Positions 23,756 through 37,025 of a stretch of DNA of 64,000 nucleotides are shown in pieces; the stretch's first letter is position 1, and every line of letters starts with the position of its first letter. Origin of the DNA: Carcharhinus amblyrhynchos (Eukaryota); the NCBI GenBank assembly GCA_965287045.1, contig OZ336873.1:20584001-20648000 (forward strand), read 5' to 3'. Below the pieces are notes generated by a model. It was not told where the DNA came from, did no database searches, and saw only the letters and a list, made by a program, of their open reading frames with translations. Position numbers and translations under genes: made by a program.

Positions 23756-25892
23756 TCCTCTCGGTGCGTGGTGTAACTTATTTGGGTTTGACTATTGTGT
23801 CTTCACATGGTTGAATGATATATATTTCACAATATAGGTACAGTTAAATAAACAGTTTGGCTGTTTCTGTGTTTCCTACTGCCCCCCCCCCCCCGAACCC
23901 GCGCCCCCCACCCCCCCACCACCCACCCACATCCCTTCTTACGCCCACCATGTTTCAAAAAGCAAAGTAGATCTAAAATGGCTCCGAAGAATGAAAGCAA
24001 TAATAGTCAGTAAAATTACAGTGCACGGATTGCAGTGATTGATTTGTGTATTGTCCCTGATTACTGTCCGCTGACCTCTCCTGGAAAGCCTGTCTGTAGA
24101 CACAGATGAACATAGGATTAGACTCCACTGTAGTGTCTTCTGTATACATTAACCTATCTACACATACACAGTCTGAGCATCAAGAATAAGGCCAAGTAGC
24201 AATAGCTCCTGGCAGCTTTAGAACAGATCCTCAGCACAAGCCAGTGCCATCTGAAGATGGAAGAAAATTGGGGAAGTGAATTCAGAAGATAGTAACAAGG
24301 AAAAGGTTCTGATTGCAACTTCTCAGAATAAGAGACAGCGAGAACAGGAAAGAGTAATCCTACAGAATTAGAGTAATGTTTTGTAAATCAAGACCATTTT
24401 GCAGGACAGAATCATAAAATGAGGACTTTAGTTCTTTTCAGAGTGCACCCTTGTTTTTCCTCCCAAGTTGAATAAAGTGCCTTGACTTAAAAGAAAAACA
24501 ATGATTGTTCTTCCAGCTGGCAGGATAGGAATGAAGGAATGAAGCTTTGTGTGTTCTTCCTTTGAAATCAATTTCACCATGTGAGAAGTAGCCATTGTAT
24601 CCTCCAAATGATGCACTCTCACCCTCTCACTATTGGTCAATAGTGGCACTTGGAGGATAGTGTTAAACTCTGGCTGCTTGCTGCACTTCATGTGCATAAC
24701 AGCTGTATGGAATGTGATCTGCCCATTAATCTCTCAATGTGTCCCCCAATTTCTTTAGCAACAGGATAACAGTGAAAAGTCACAGATGTAAAAGAAATAG
24801 AATATCACACATGTAGCTGAGGATTGGAATGATATTTCACTGCTGGAATGGGCTTCTTGTCTCCCCTTTAACCTTCCGACAGAACCATGCCTTTTGTTCG
24901 TTTATTACCGATTCCCATCATGTTACTTAGCAAGGACTGGGGAGGGAAGATGAAAGGGGTGTTACAGCACCTTAAAAGAGGGGGAAATAGGGAAAGATAT
25001 ATGTTAAAAACCTGAAAGGATTAGCAGTAAAATACTTCTGTACTGCGCATTTCCATCTTCATCCAACAAGTCTTGCACCACTCCAAATATTTCCACTTTG
25101 ATTAGTTTCTTTCCTTTTTGCCTTGGTCTGGGCTTTGTGTCCTCGCAATGCTTTAGACTGTTCTCATGTATTAATAACAATATTTTGCCTAATTGTTGGC
25201 TGCTTTTTCTCTGCATGCCTGCAGTCTATAAATCACCTACCATTGTGGGCTCATGTTTTCTCCATTTTCGTTCCTAAGCAGCTGAAAAGTGTTTGAAGAT
25301 TACATCCTTTTGTAATAAAGCTCTCCTGTGGTAGAAAGATTGTCATCTGGTTTTCATTGTTGCTCTGGAAAATATCCTTCACACCTTGTTTTCTCATCAA
25401 GAAATATTCTTTAAACCTTTTTTTTAAAACGAATACAGTACCTTTATAGGAACCGTGTGATTTGATTTAAGAGAGGAGGTCATTAAAGTTGCAGGTAAAC
25501 AGAAGGGGGTTTGTGAATTCCACTCTCTTTTTTTACTGACACAGATGCTTGAAAGAGGTCAGACAACTCTCACTTCAGTGGTTTCGCACATATGCATTTT
25601 ATAGAAGCAGCAGGTTACTGTACAGCAAGCGCTGCAGTCAGATGTATAAATAATGTTTACACTTCTGTTGGATTAAAGGGATACATCCAAATTGTTAGAC
25701 CTACTTTGGCCACATTTAAAGGTTACAGTTTTAAAAAATATATATATATATCGTTTGTTGTTCCCAAGCCAAAGATGGTGAGTTATCAATTACTGTACTC
25801 CTAATGCCATTCTGCTATAACTGGACTGTGGATCTTGCTGTCTATAAGCTCAGTTACTGGCTCTATTAACTCATAGAGATATCAACAAAATA

Positions 25893-26196
25893 GGCAACAT
25901 AGTGGCACAGTAGTTAGCACTGCTACCTCACAGCGCCAGGGACCTGGATTCGACTCCCTGCTTGGATCACTGTCTGTGCGGAGTCTGCACGTTTTTCCCC
26001 GTGTCTGCGTGAGTTTCCTTCGAGTGCTCCAGTTTCCTCCCACATTCCAACAACGTGCTGGTTAGGTGCATTGGCCACGCTAAATTCTCCCTCAGTGTAT
26101 CTGAACAGGCGCCGGAGTGTGGCGACTCGAAGATTTTCATAGTTACTTCATTGCAGAGTTAATGTAAGCCTACTTGATACTATTAAATAAACTTTA
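25893..26196 (+). mobile_element. HE1-type V-SINE, tail B
   Basis: Full head, V-domain and tail B. Confidence 0.9.
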
Positions 26197-27105
26197 TTAA
26201 ACTAAATCTCTTTGTGTCAATTATGATGATTTTTAAAGTGCACTGGACTGTCTGGCTGAAACTTGTTTTGTTTACTTAAAAGTCTGGAGCAGAATATGAA
26301 ACTTTACATCAGTGAACAACAGAACAGAGATTGAGAGAGAGAGAGAGGTGTGACCAGTTAATCCAAATTGGCAGTGTGTCTGTGAGGTTTTAAAAATATT
26401 TCTTGCCTTTAAATAACTGGCGACTGGCATAGTATTTCCTGATGCGCAGTTGATTGTGCCGTACTCCTGTTTCTGAATATTTTGACCAGAGATCATTGTG
26501 AGGAGAGAGCAGGGAAAAATTGGCACCACTTTTCCATGCTGGCCATTCTGAGGGAATTTTTTGCTGTGCAAAGCCCTGTACATTGATGTAGCTCTTTGCA
26601 TGCTGGGGACAGAAGATGGTTCTCTTGAGGGACAATACATATTAGCACAAGTTCCTGGATACCGGTAATGCTATTTGTTAATGGGGCCGTTAATAACAGA
26701 CTGGGGTGGTGGACAGCTCCTTGGGGGCTGATGGGTAGGTAGACAGAGGTGGAATATCATTAGGATTGGGAGGTGAAGTGAGTTCGCCATCCAAACGTGT
26801 GTCGATAAGGCATGGGTTAAATTTTATACTTTTGGGCACCGCGTTAAAAGTATGCTTGGAGGATTTTTATGACACTTAAATGTCCTTAATTTTGTTGCAC
26901 TTTGATTTTCATTATTCCTTAATGAGATGTTACTGCTCCACAATTATGTTACATTCTAGCTGATACCTCTATTGTGGACAAAAGTATTCCACTACCCAGT
27001 CCAAGATGCATGCAAAACAATCACTTGCTTTTTCTCTTGTGCCTCTCTCTTCCCCTCACAAGTCCAGGTGAGTTGGGCAAGCAAAAGAGAAGGGCATTTC
27101 GCGAT

Positions 27106-27410
27106 AAGAACATAAGAAATAGGAGCAGGAGTAGGCCATCTAGCCCTTCGAGCCTGCCCCGCCATTTAATAAGATCATGGCTGATCTGGTGGATCAGTTC
27201 CACTTTCCCGCTTTCTCCCCATAACCCTTAATTCCCTTGTCTGTCAGAAATCTATCTACCCGTGACTTAAATATATTCAACGAGGTAGCCTCCACCACTT
27301 CAATGGGCAGAGAATTCCAGAGATTCACCACCCTTTGAATGAAGAAGTTCCTCCTCAACTCCGTTCTAAACTGTCCCCCCTTATTTTGAGGCTGTGCTCT
27401 CTAGTTCTGA
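27106..27410 (-). mobile_element. CR1 LINE 3' fragment
   Basis: cataagaaataggagcaggagtaggcc tail; RT C-terminus remnant gaagaagttcctcctca. Confidence 0.88.
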
Positions 27411-28650
27411 CCTATTGCCCTATTTACAGTTGCTCTTAGTCCAAATTTATTGACCCCATCAGCAAGCATTGAGTCAATGCAGACTCGATGGGCCAAAGGG
27501 CCACTTTCTTCACTGTAGGGATTCTATGGGAACCACTATGCTCTTCCTTCCCAGGATATAGATGGTCTCCAACAGCAGGTTAGTCAAATGTGCAAAAACT
27601 ACATGCGTGGAAGCTGGGGAGATGGTGGACTGAACTAATGTCAGGGGTGACCAGTGATTTAAAACAAATACTGTTGTTACCTTTTTAAATCTGTGACATC
27701 TCTGCCCTGGTGACCAAAGCATCCTGTCCCCAGAATCTGTGCACTTCTGGCAAGATAATGCCCAGGTTTTGAAACATAATTTAAATAGCAATTTTCACTG
27801 TCAATTATTTAGCATTTTTTTATTGCAATCTTGAAACTATTAATAATATGAAGTGGTCTTTATTTCTCAAAACCTTGGACTAATTGCGGGGGGAGACCAA
27901 ATTGCTCCTTTAAATCAGACCAGAGCAGAAAATAGAGAAATATTTTTGAATCCTAAAAATGTCGCTCCCTTCCTGACCCCGTGTTTAAGGAAAGGTACTA
28001 GTGGACCTTTGAGGGTTCAATCGGATGCTTGTTAAAAGACCATTTAAAAGAAAACCATGCACCATACCAGCTTTGAGTGTGGAGTCTGCCCAACTCTGTG
28101 AGCGATGTGTTCACAAGCCAAGGGCTTTAAGGGACTTAGGGCAGGAGAAGATTGGTCCCAGTGGACAGAGGAAGTGCAGTCAAATATGAAATCCTGAAAT
28201 GCTTCGGCCACTCCACCTTTGTATACAATGTATTCTCAAGTGTTTGTTTGCTGCATTTAAATGCCTTTTGTAAAAAAAACCCACTCAGGATCTGGTCTGA
28301 GTGATTAATTAATTGCCTTTCTGTATAGTTTGATGTCCACTGATGCAAAATGTTCTTGGGAATGGAATTAGTGAGTGAGCCCCCGTATTTATAACTGAGA
28401 GCTTCATATGTGGAAAAAATGGTGCTTAGCAACAAACCTCGCAGCTGATCCACTTCTGCTGGAGCTGTCGGCATTTGAAAAAGTGATTTGAGGTTGAACT
28501 TGGTAAGAATATTTGCAAAAGCAAACCAGTTCTCTATGTTCCACTTTGCCACAATACCTTGTAAAAAAAATGATTCCAGCAATTTTTAGAATATGGTTAT
28601 GTCAAAAATCAAATGATTAGTTAACTTTTAAAGGGGAAAGTTTGACTTTC

Positions 28651-28943
28651 TTTATTTATTAATCACAAGTAGGCTTACATTAACACTGCAATGAAATTAC
28701 TGTGAAAAATCCCCTAGTCATCACACTCTGGCGCCTGTTCGGGTATACTGAAGGAGAATTCAGAATGGCCAATCCACCTAACCCTAACCTGCACATCTTT
28801 GGACTGTGGGAGGAAGCCGGAGCACCTGGAGGAAACCCATGCAGACACAGCAAGAATGTGCAAACTCCACACAGACAGTGACCCAGGCCAGGAATCAACT
28901 CAGGACACCGACGCTGTGAAGCAGCAGTGCTAACCACTATGTC
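28651..28943 (-). mobile_element. HE1-type V-SINE, tail B
   Basis: Head, V-domain and tail B; the middle segment is of the type seen in tail-A copies. Confidence 0.9.
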
Positions 28944-29886
28944 CTTTACTGCAGCCTTTATGGAGTTAAAGCAACCACCTTCAGATGTGCCTGCGCATGA
29001 TGTGGACTAATTTCAGAGATCAGAGTAAATGAATGGTTTTGAAAGAGAATTTCTAGCCCACAAAATATCCTGCAGGTTAAATGTGGCTGCTTCCTGTCTT
29101 TCACTCACTCATCAAGAACTTGCAATCAATATTAGTAAGTTTTTTCTGTGTAATTTCCAAAATAATAGTGTTTAGAGTGCTAATGTTTCTGTTTGCTAAG
29201 CACAAATGTTCGCTGATCATTAAATGGAGTAGCGCAAGCATAGGATGATAACAGAAAGTTGTCACAGATGTGTGCTTTGTCAGGCAACGATACTAATATT
29301 AATGACTGGAATTGCTTATGTTTGAAAGCAATGTTCACCTTTTGTTGCCACTTCTAGCACTGAAATCTGAGGTTGTTTAGGCGTAACTATGTTACTGTCA
29401 GTGCCTAGAATGAGAAAACTTATCATTAAAGAAGTGACTAATGTCAAAGTCATTCATTATCCCTGCCCCCACTTGTGATTAAATATATAGTGACTATTCT
29501 GACTGTTTGGTGAAAAATAAGTATTGCGGTCCGTCAGATAATTTGCAAAATCAATCGTGCAGATATTTTTTTTATCACATTGTTAAAAGTTTAATCTATA
29601 TTTTAAATTGGAGTTATGGCAATAGTGAGCTCCAACAAATGACAAGATGGTAATTTTGGAAAATGATCTTTATTAAAGCGAGGGATGTCAGTGCAGGAAA
29701 TGAGATACCTCTGCATTTTTGCATCTGGTGTCAACTCAACATTCCCAGGTCGGATACTACATAGTTTACTGTGGTGTAAAACTCTGTCACAACAACGAGA
29801 TTTAGCCTCATCATTAAAGGAGTCCCTCATATTGCACACGTGTGATTATTCCACTTCCTCTGCTTTCATCAGCAAGATTAACATTT

Positions 29887-30523
29887 CATAGAAACATAGA
29901 GTGCAGAAGGAGGCCATTTGGCCCATCAAGTCTGCACTGACCCTCCCAACAGAATATCATACCCAGACGTACCCTCCTGTCCCATCCTGTAACCTCACAT
30001 ATTTACTGTGCTAATTCCTCTAACCTGCATATCTTTCGGCATTAAGGGGTAACTTAGCATGGCCAAGCCACCTAATCTGCACATCTTTGGACTGTGGAAA
30101 GAAACCGGAGTACCTGGAGGAAACCCACACAGACACGGGGAGTATGTGCAAACTCCACACAGTCACTTGAGACTGGAATTGAATCCAGTCTTAGATTTGA
30201 CTTAGAGTCCCTACGGTACAGGAAGAGGCCATTCAGCCCATTGAGTCTGCACTGACCACAATCCCATCCAGGCCCTACCCCCATATCCCTACATATTTAC
30301 CCACTAATCGCTCTAACCTACGAATCTCAGGACACTAAGGGCAATTTTAGCATGGCCAATCAACCTAACCCGCACATCTTTGGGCTGTGGGAGGAAACCG
30401 GAGCACCTGGAGGAAACCCATGCAGACACGAGGAGAATGTGCAAACACCACACAGACAGTGACCCAAGCTGGGAATCAAACCCAGGTCCCTGGAGCTGTG
30501 AAGCAGCAGTGCTAACCACTGTG
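29887..30523 (-). mobile_element. Two tandem HE1-type V-SINEs, tail A (29887-30188 head-truncated; about 30202-30523)
   Basis: Two consecutive tail plus V-domain units in the same orientation. Confidence 0.9.
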
Positions 30524-32037
30524 TTAGCACGCATTTTGGAGATAGATTGCACCAGATAATAGGGAGTTATAAGCAGTCAGCTCACAGAGTTCAGAATATT
30601 ATAAATTTATTTAAGATGACCTTGAAGCAGGCAGGGAAAACTTGCATTGTATCCCTAATTTTGGGCTCGGTGGGAACCCAAGCCCAGAGGTGAAAGAATG
30701 TACCCAGACATCCACCTCCCCACTGCGTGTGATAACACGCTGCTACCCAATGTTAGATATTCTTTGTCACCACGCTGGATTTAAAATTGAAGGTGACATC
30801 ATGGGACATCGTTTGATTCTCTTTCTAATCCTTTGTAGGAGGCTGACTAGAATAACTAACCCACAGCCTCATTGCTCATACACCCGCCTCTCATATAACT
30901 AATTGATGTCAAGCAGATTCCTGTGGAGTAACCCTTTTCGCAAATGGAAAAGATCAGGTGGGACAAAATGTTGCCCTGTAACAGAGTGCAAAAACTGAAT
31001 TGGGACCTGGCCCTAGTTTGTGCGCAGAACAGAAATAGTTGAATTTGATTGCATCAGGATTCTATCAAAGTTGGGAGCATGTAGAAAGATTTCTAAGGCC
31101 TTCTTTGGCAGCAATGTTAAATTTAGGGCAATGCAACCAAGGTTTAAAAATCTCATCTGCTTAGCCCTGCCATTTTAAGTCGTTAAACACAATTAAGACA
31201 TCTCTTCAGCACGTTTACAGCTTTTTATATACAAGATCAAACAACCTTTGCCATTTTTGATCAGTAAGAACAGCTGTCAGGCTGAATTTACTAAGACATA
31301 ACAGGGAAAAAACATTAGCTGCCAATCACTGCATCGATCTCTGAACTACACTGTTCACTGAAGCACTCTTAAAAGGAAATGAGGAAATTTTTGTCATGCC
31401 CTGAAGTATATTTAAAGGGAGAGATATTTAAAGAGACAGTATTCCTTTTCCCAGGCCTTAATAGGTTGCACTGCCATTAGTCAGATCCTTCTCTTTTATT
31501 TGTCGATTCTCATCGTAATAAAGGAATTTCAAATAAATTGTGTCAGAAAAGACTACTTAGAGGAAATGACCAGTAATGCATGTATTTGCCTCTGAAGAAA
31601 AAAATTCAATTCATTAAGAATTAAGGCCACAAAGTTTTTATGAGTAGAACCCCTATTTCTGGGTTATTTTGGCAACTTTTTGGGTCCAAAATGGTGTCTG
31701 TGCTGTGTGTGCACACTTCTGGTGCTGGCCATGTCAGCCGCCATTTTGGATGGGTCATTAGCATGGGTGCTGGGAGTGTGCATTGGAAGTATGCAGAGTA
31801 GGCAGATCCTGATATCAAGTCAGTGGATAATGCTGAGTTTATTTTAGCAGTGTACCCCAATCTCCAGCTGTAACCTTCTCTTAACTGCACACAGTTGGAC
31901 ATGTATTCAGGAAGCAGGAAGAACACCCTCACCTGCTCATCCCTGCCCGCCGGCAACACCCCCAACCCTATAGCCCCATCAGTGAAACTGAAGATACCAT
32001 CAATTATTGCTGACTTAGTGAAGGTGTTTAGAATTTA

Positions 32038-32542
32038 GTTTTATTTATTAGTGTCACAGGTAGGCTTACATTAACACTGCAATAAAGTCACTGTGAAAAT
32101 CCCCTAGTCGCCACATTCTGGCGCCTGTTCAGGTACACTGAGGGAGAATTTAGTATGGCCAATGCACCTAACCAATACATTCTTTCAGACTGTGGGAGGA
32201 AACTGGAGCATCCAGAGGAAACCCACGCAGACACCGGGGGAATGTGCGGACTCTGTCAGACAGTGACCCAAGCCGGGAATTGAACCCAAACAAGACACTT
32301 ACATTTTAATCTTATGGATTTGGTGCGGCCAATGCAGTAAGAAGTCTCACAACACTAGGTTAAAGTCCGACAGGTTTATTTGGTACCAAGCGCCAATAGC
32401 TTTTGGGGTTTGCTCCTTCCTCACTCACCGGACTTTAACCTGGTGTTGTGAGACTTCTTACTGTGTTTACCCCAGTCCAGCGCCAGCATCTCCACATCAT
32501 GACTGCTGGTGAGGCAGCAGTGCTAACCGCTGTGCCACCGTG
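32038..32542 (-). mobile_element. HE1-type V-SINE, tail B, interrupted in its tRNA head by an insertion (about 32289-32506)
   Basis: The body stops at gaaccca (32288) and the head resumes at gtgaggcagcagtgctaacc (about 32509). Confidence 0.88.
32335..32498. mobile_element. Palindromic Penelope-derived element
   Basis: Inverted arms cagtaagaagtctcacaacactaggttaaagtcc / ggactttaacctggtgttgtgagacttcttactg; same family as 62289-62513. Confidence 0.75.
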
Positions 32543-34961
32543 TGTGGACCTGTTCCAGTCAAAATGGTTTTAAGTGGAGTGGGGTGGTTTTAAGTTGTGC
32601 AGCCTAGCTTGAACACTTGCTAATCTATCACGGTGTTGCACCCACTGTTTAGCCGTTCAGTGCCGAGTTTAGCACTGGCTGCGGGTTGCAGTCGCGTAAC
32701 TGAGCAGGTCGCCGACTGCATCAGAAACAACGTACTCAGGTTAATTGCCCATCTCGATCCTTGGCCCCTCTTACGGGCCTTTGCAAATTTCACAGCATAA
32801 GATTTTTTATAAAAATGACGCTTTCTGCTACCCAACCCCATAAATTTAACCTGAACATTGTCCCGAAGATTCGAGAAAATGAATAAATATTCTGTTGATT
32901 TGAATCTGACGGTTGGTGAGAACAGCAGTGTAGACGCTCTGTCTTCTTTTTCAATAAAACAAATAAAATGAGGCTCAGATTTCATTACCTATGAAAGGAT
33001 TTGATAGCTGCCTGAGTGCAAAGGGTTGAACTAGCGTTTTTTTTTATTGATGGAGCATTGACCAGCTAATTAGAAAAAATAATATTTACCGTTGCGTTCC
33101 CTCTCCAGTCGCAGTGGTTTGGAATTTTACCTTTCGTTTTTTGAACCCCTTTCACCGGTTCGCATCTCAGATGAAGTTATTTTCAAAAATCCATAAGATT
33201 AAAATGTAAATGTCTTGTTTGGAGGAACTAAAACAGCAAAGCTGTTATTTTCCAGCAGTTTAATACCAAGAAAATATTGATCAGTGCAATGACAAATTAG
33301 ATTGTGACATTAAAACAAACATCAGGATTTGAAATGAAATGCAGCTCTGCCTCATGAGAAATGGTTCTGCTGTGTATAAGTCTGGGCTTTTGCCCTTTGC
33401 ATATCTAAAGTACCCAGGGCTTGTTTCCAGTGAACTAGCCGATCTGTTGTGATTAAAATGCAGCAATGTATTGTTGAGTTCTTGCAGTAAAAAGGTTAAA
33501 GGACACATTTGGAGTAATTATTTCTCACTGACAAGCCTTTCAGTCCATGGCTACTCAATCCTTCCCTCTAATTTAATGAAAGGTGCACATTTAGCACCCA
33601 CTCCACATGTGCTTGGTTTGTGTCTGTCCATTTGTGCACGTGTGTACGCATGTATGTGTGTTAAAGGTGTTGGGGAGGGGATGGGGGAGCTGAGTATCAC
33701 TGTTCTGATTCTCCTCCTCAAAGCTCTTTGACATTTGTATGGAGTAAGGTGGTGAAATAGGCCAGGGATTAGCAGGAGTGTTGAGTGGTCCTCCCAGACA
33801 TAATACTCACTTTTAATATTGGGACAGGGAGGCTTAAAGTTAATGATGAATTGCAGATCAGCTGAGCTTTGTTGGTGCAATTAGATGTGCTAACTAACAG
33901 CTCATCAAAGGGAAGTGGGCAAACCTGATATTTGACAGGTAGTATAGTTTTACTCAGGGGGATGGTGCACAGGCTTTTGTTTCAACAAATATAGCACAAC
34001 AACAAGGCACCAGGAATTTTCTTTTATCTCTTCAACTCTCTATAAAACAATGCTTCTTATTTGTGTCTTAATGTTGGAATGTGTGAAAAGTGGCCAGAGA
34101 TCAAAAGCTGAAGTCGACATATCCACTCTCCCATGGTGGGAAGGTGTTTAAATGTTACTTAACACAAAATGTCTGCACACGTTCTGTCGGTGCAAAGCAA
34201 GTGATTGAACAGCGTTCAAAGTATCACCGGAATCCATTACTAGCCTTTTTTTTGTCGGAAGATATTTATCAGACTTCCCTGGCCAAATTCTTGATTTCTG
34301 CAGTGGCATTATGCGTTGTTAATGAAATCGCATTCGTTAGCAAGGATTTGGTGTTATTTAGGAGTAAAAATAAAGAGCAGGCTTCTCTGGCGGAGATGGA
34401 TGCCATCAATTTATCTGCATCATAATCCAGCTACGATTTTGCCTACTTAATTGGGAGTGTTCACTGTAAACCATTTTCTGATTATTAAAAGAATTGTATT
34501 GTCAAAGCGCAGGAGCAGTCGGCGCCCTTCTCCTCCCCCCACCCCGCCACAGATCTGTGCAGTAGTTCCTACGCTTGATAGCTTGTGTAGTTAAGACAGT
34601 TTGTATAATTGGGAGAGGCTACTGGTATCCAACGATGAACTGAAGACCTCATTAGCAGAAACATGGCGTAATTTATCAAGTGTACCTAATGATCCCAGAA
34701 CACAGGTCGCTTGGAAAGTTTTATTTTAAGGACGCAGTGGTTGCAATAGCATCCTGCCACCTTCCTGCTTTGACTCCCTGCGACCAAAACCCTGGTGCCC
34801 TAGCGGAACTGGCAAAAGGGATCCGTTTATGCCGTCTTTCTACTTTTAAAAAAGCTTGCGACTTAACAATGTTGTTGTGACTAATGATTTTTTTTTAGTT
34901 AGCTTGACAAAAGGATTATTCTTTCCTTCCTCCTTTTCCCCCACTACACTCCTCCCCCCCC

Positions 34962-34985
34962 CCAACCAACCAACCAACCAACCAA
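34962..34985. repeat. (CCAA)n microsatellite after a poly-C run
   Basis: Direct reading of the sequence. Confidence 0.9.
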
Positions 34986-36052
34986 AGTTAATCATGAAAT
35001 GCTCGGTTTTGTGATTAAAGCGTTCATACCTACATTAATTCTGCCAAGTGCAGAGGTGCTTTTGTAAGACTGATGAGATCCCGCGGTCCAGTTGCCCTGA
35101 TAGGTGCAGTAGACTGATGACCCTGCTCTGTTGTTAATGAGGATGCTCCCTCGGCCCCTTGCCTGTTTAATTGCTGCACCAAACTGTATTTCAATACATG
35201 GCTGCAGATTACATTTTTCATGCACGTTATTAATAAAAAAAAGGGAGGCTACTGCTCACAGGAAGAGGTCAGCCGTATGATCGTTAAAAGGTCACAATAA
35301 GCGAGGGGATTTCAGCCTTGGCTAGAAAAAGGTTAGGGAGGGCAAAATGATGTTTACTTACATAAATAAGTCATTTTCTATGTGATGGTACAGCATTGGG
35401 AACAGATTTATGAGATACATGGACCATTCCCTACTAATGGTGTCATTCCCCACGATATTTGGTACAATTGTTCACTATAACATACCTTGATATCCTACTG
35501 TCTAAGATGGAAATGCATTATTTATCACTGATTTAATATTCCACATTAACACTTATTGTATTTTTAATTGTAAAATGAACAGATTAATGTCTGCATTAAA
35601 AGATTGGCGAAAGATTTATCGTAAATATGTTAAGACTTTGTATATCAATGTCGCACAGCTTATTGGTGTATTAAGACCGTAGATGACATAACCTTTTTAG
35701 TTGACTCTTATTGTTATGTGCACCTTAAGTTGCATTTTGGGGAATTCCCACTGGTGAATTTCTATCCATTGAGTTGTGATTTCAGCCAGGGTGCTGACAG
35801 AGGGAGGGGAATCAGAAGTAGAGTAAACCTGAACTACTCTGCGAGTCTCAACATAAGTGGAGCATTGGCAACAATATGAAAATTGAATGCTCACCTGCCC
35901 AACATTGTAAATGGTGTGGAAAACAGGACCAAAATGTAATAAAATTTATATTAAAAAATGCACTTTGTGTGTACCAGGTTTTCGTCAACAACTAATTGTG
36001 TCAACAGCTCCATTGGGTGTAGTGTGCTGCGAATGGAATGCAATTTTAAATC

Positions 36053-36451
36053 TTGATTTGTTTTATTATTGTCACACGTATAAGTAACAAGTACAGACAA
36101 AGCACACAGTTCATAGAGTACATAGGGGAGAAGGAAATGAGAGAGTGCACAACATAGTGTTACAGTCATAGCTAGTGTGTAGAGAAAGGTCAACTTAATG
36201 TGAGATAGGTCTATTCAAAAGTCTGATGGCAGCAGGGAAGAAGATGATCTTTAGTTGGTTGGAATGTGACCTCAGACTTTCGAATCTTATTCCCAATGGA
36301 AGAAAGTATGTCCAGGATGCGTGGGGTTCTTGATGATGCTAACTGCTTTTCTGAGGCAGTGGGAAGTGTAGTCGGAGTCAGTGGACAGGAGGGTTGGTTT
36401 GATGATGGACTGGGCTACGTTCATACCCTCTGTAGTTTCTTGTGGACTTGG
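36053..36451 (-). mobile_element. Rex1/Babar LINE 3' fragment
   Basis: Homologous to 23462-23755 (tctattcaaaagtctgatggcagcagggaagaag) and extends further into the RT C-terminus. Confidence 0.85.
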
Positions 36452-36899
36452 TTAGAGGGGGAGCTGTTGGCTAAAGTCGCTGAAGTAAGAATTTTAATTT
36501 GTTCATCAATTAGCAAACAGAATGTATATGATGTACTGACTTATATTCCCGACTTGTCTTCCTGACTTGTCTTCCAAAATCCAGATGCGTTTCGCATCAG
36601 TGTGTTTTTCCTGCTGGCGCTACAAAAATCAGACGTGGGTGGTCAGGCGTTCACCTGCGTCCCGTTAATGGGATGCAAATCAGTTTTGTGGTGATCTCCA
36701 GCAGATTTCCTGATCTGCCATGGTGGGAAGTTTGTGCTGGCGTAAAACCGATGTTTGGATCTCCTTGCAAATTCTCCCCTGCCCACCATCAAACCCATCA
36801 TCGGGGGGCAGTGACAAGTTTTGAAATTCAGTTCAATAAATTTATAGATTGGCACCAATAATAAGGATGGAAACAGCCAGGGTTGTCATAAAACCCAAT

Positions 36900-37025
36900 G
36901 GGCAGGATCTTCCGCTCCCCCCCTTACCCCAAAACTGGAAAGTCCCACATGAGGTCAATGGGCATGGTCTGCCCACCCCCACCCGCGACGATTCCCATGG
37001 TGGATGGGATGGAAAAATTCCCCCC
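36900..37025. mobile_element. MITE, PIF/Harbinger-like
   Basis: gggcaggatcttcc ... ggaaaaattcccccc; relative of 7462-7587. Confidence 0.65.
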
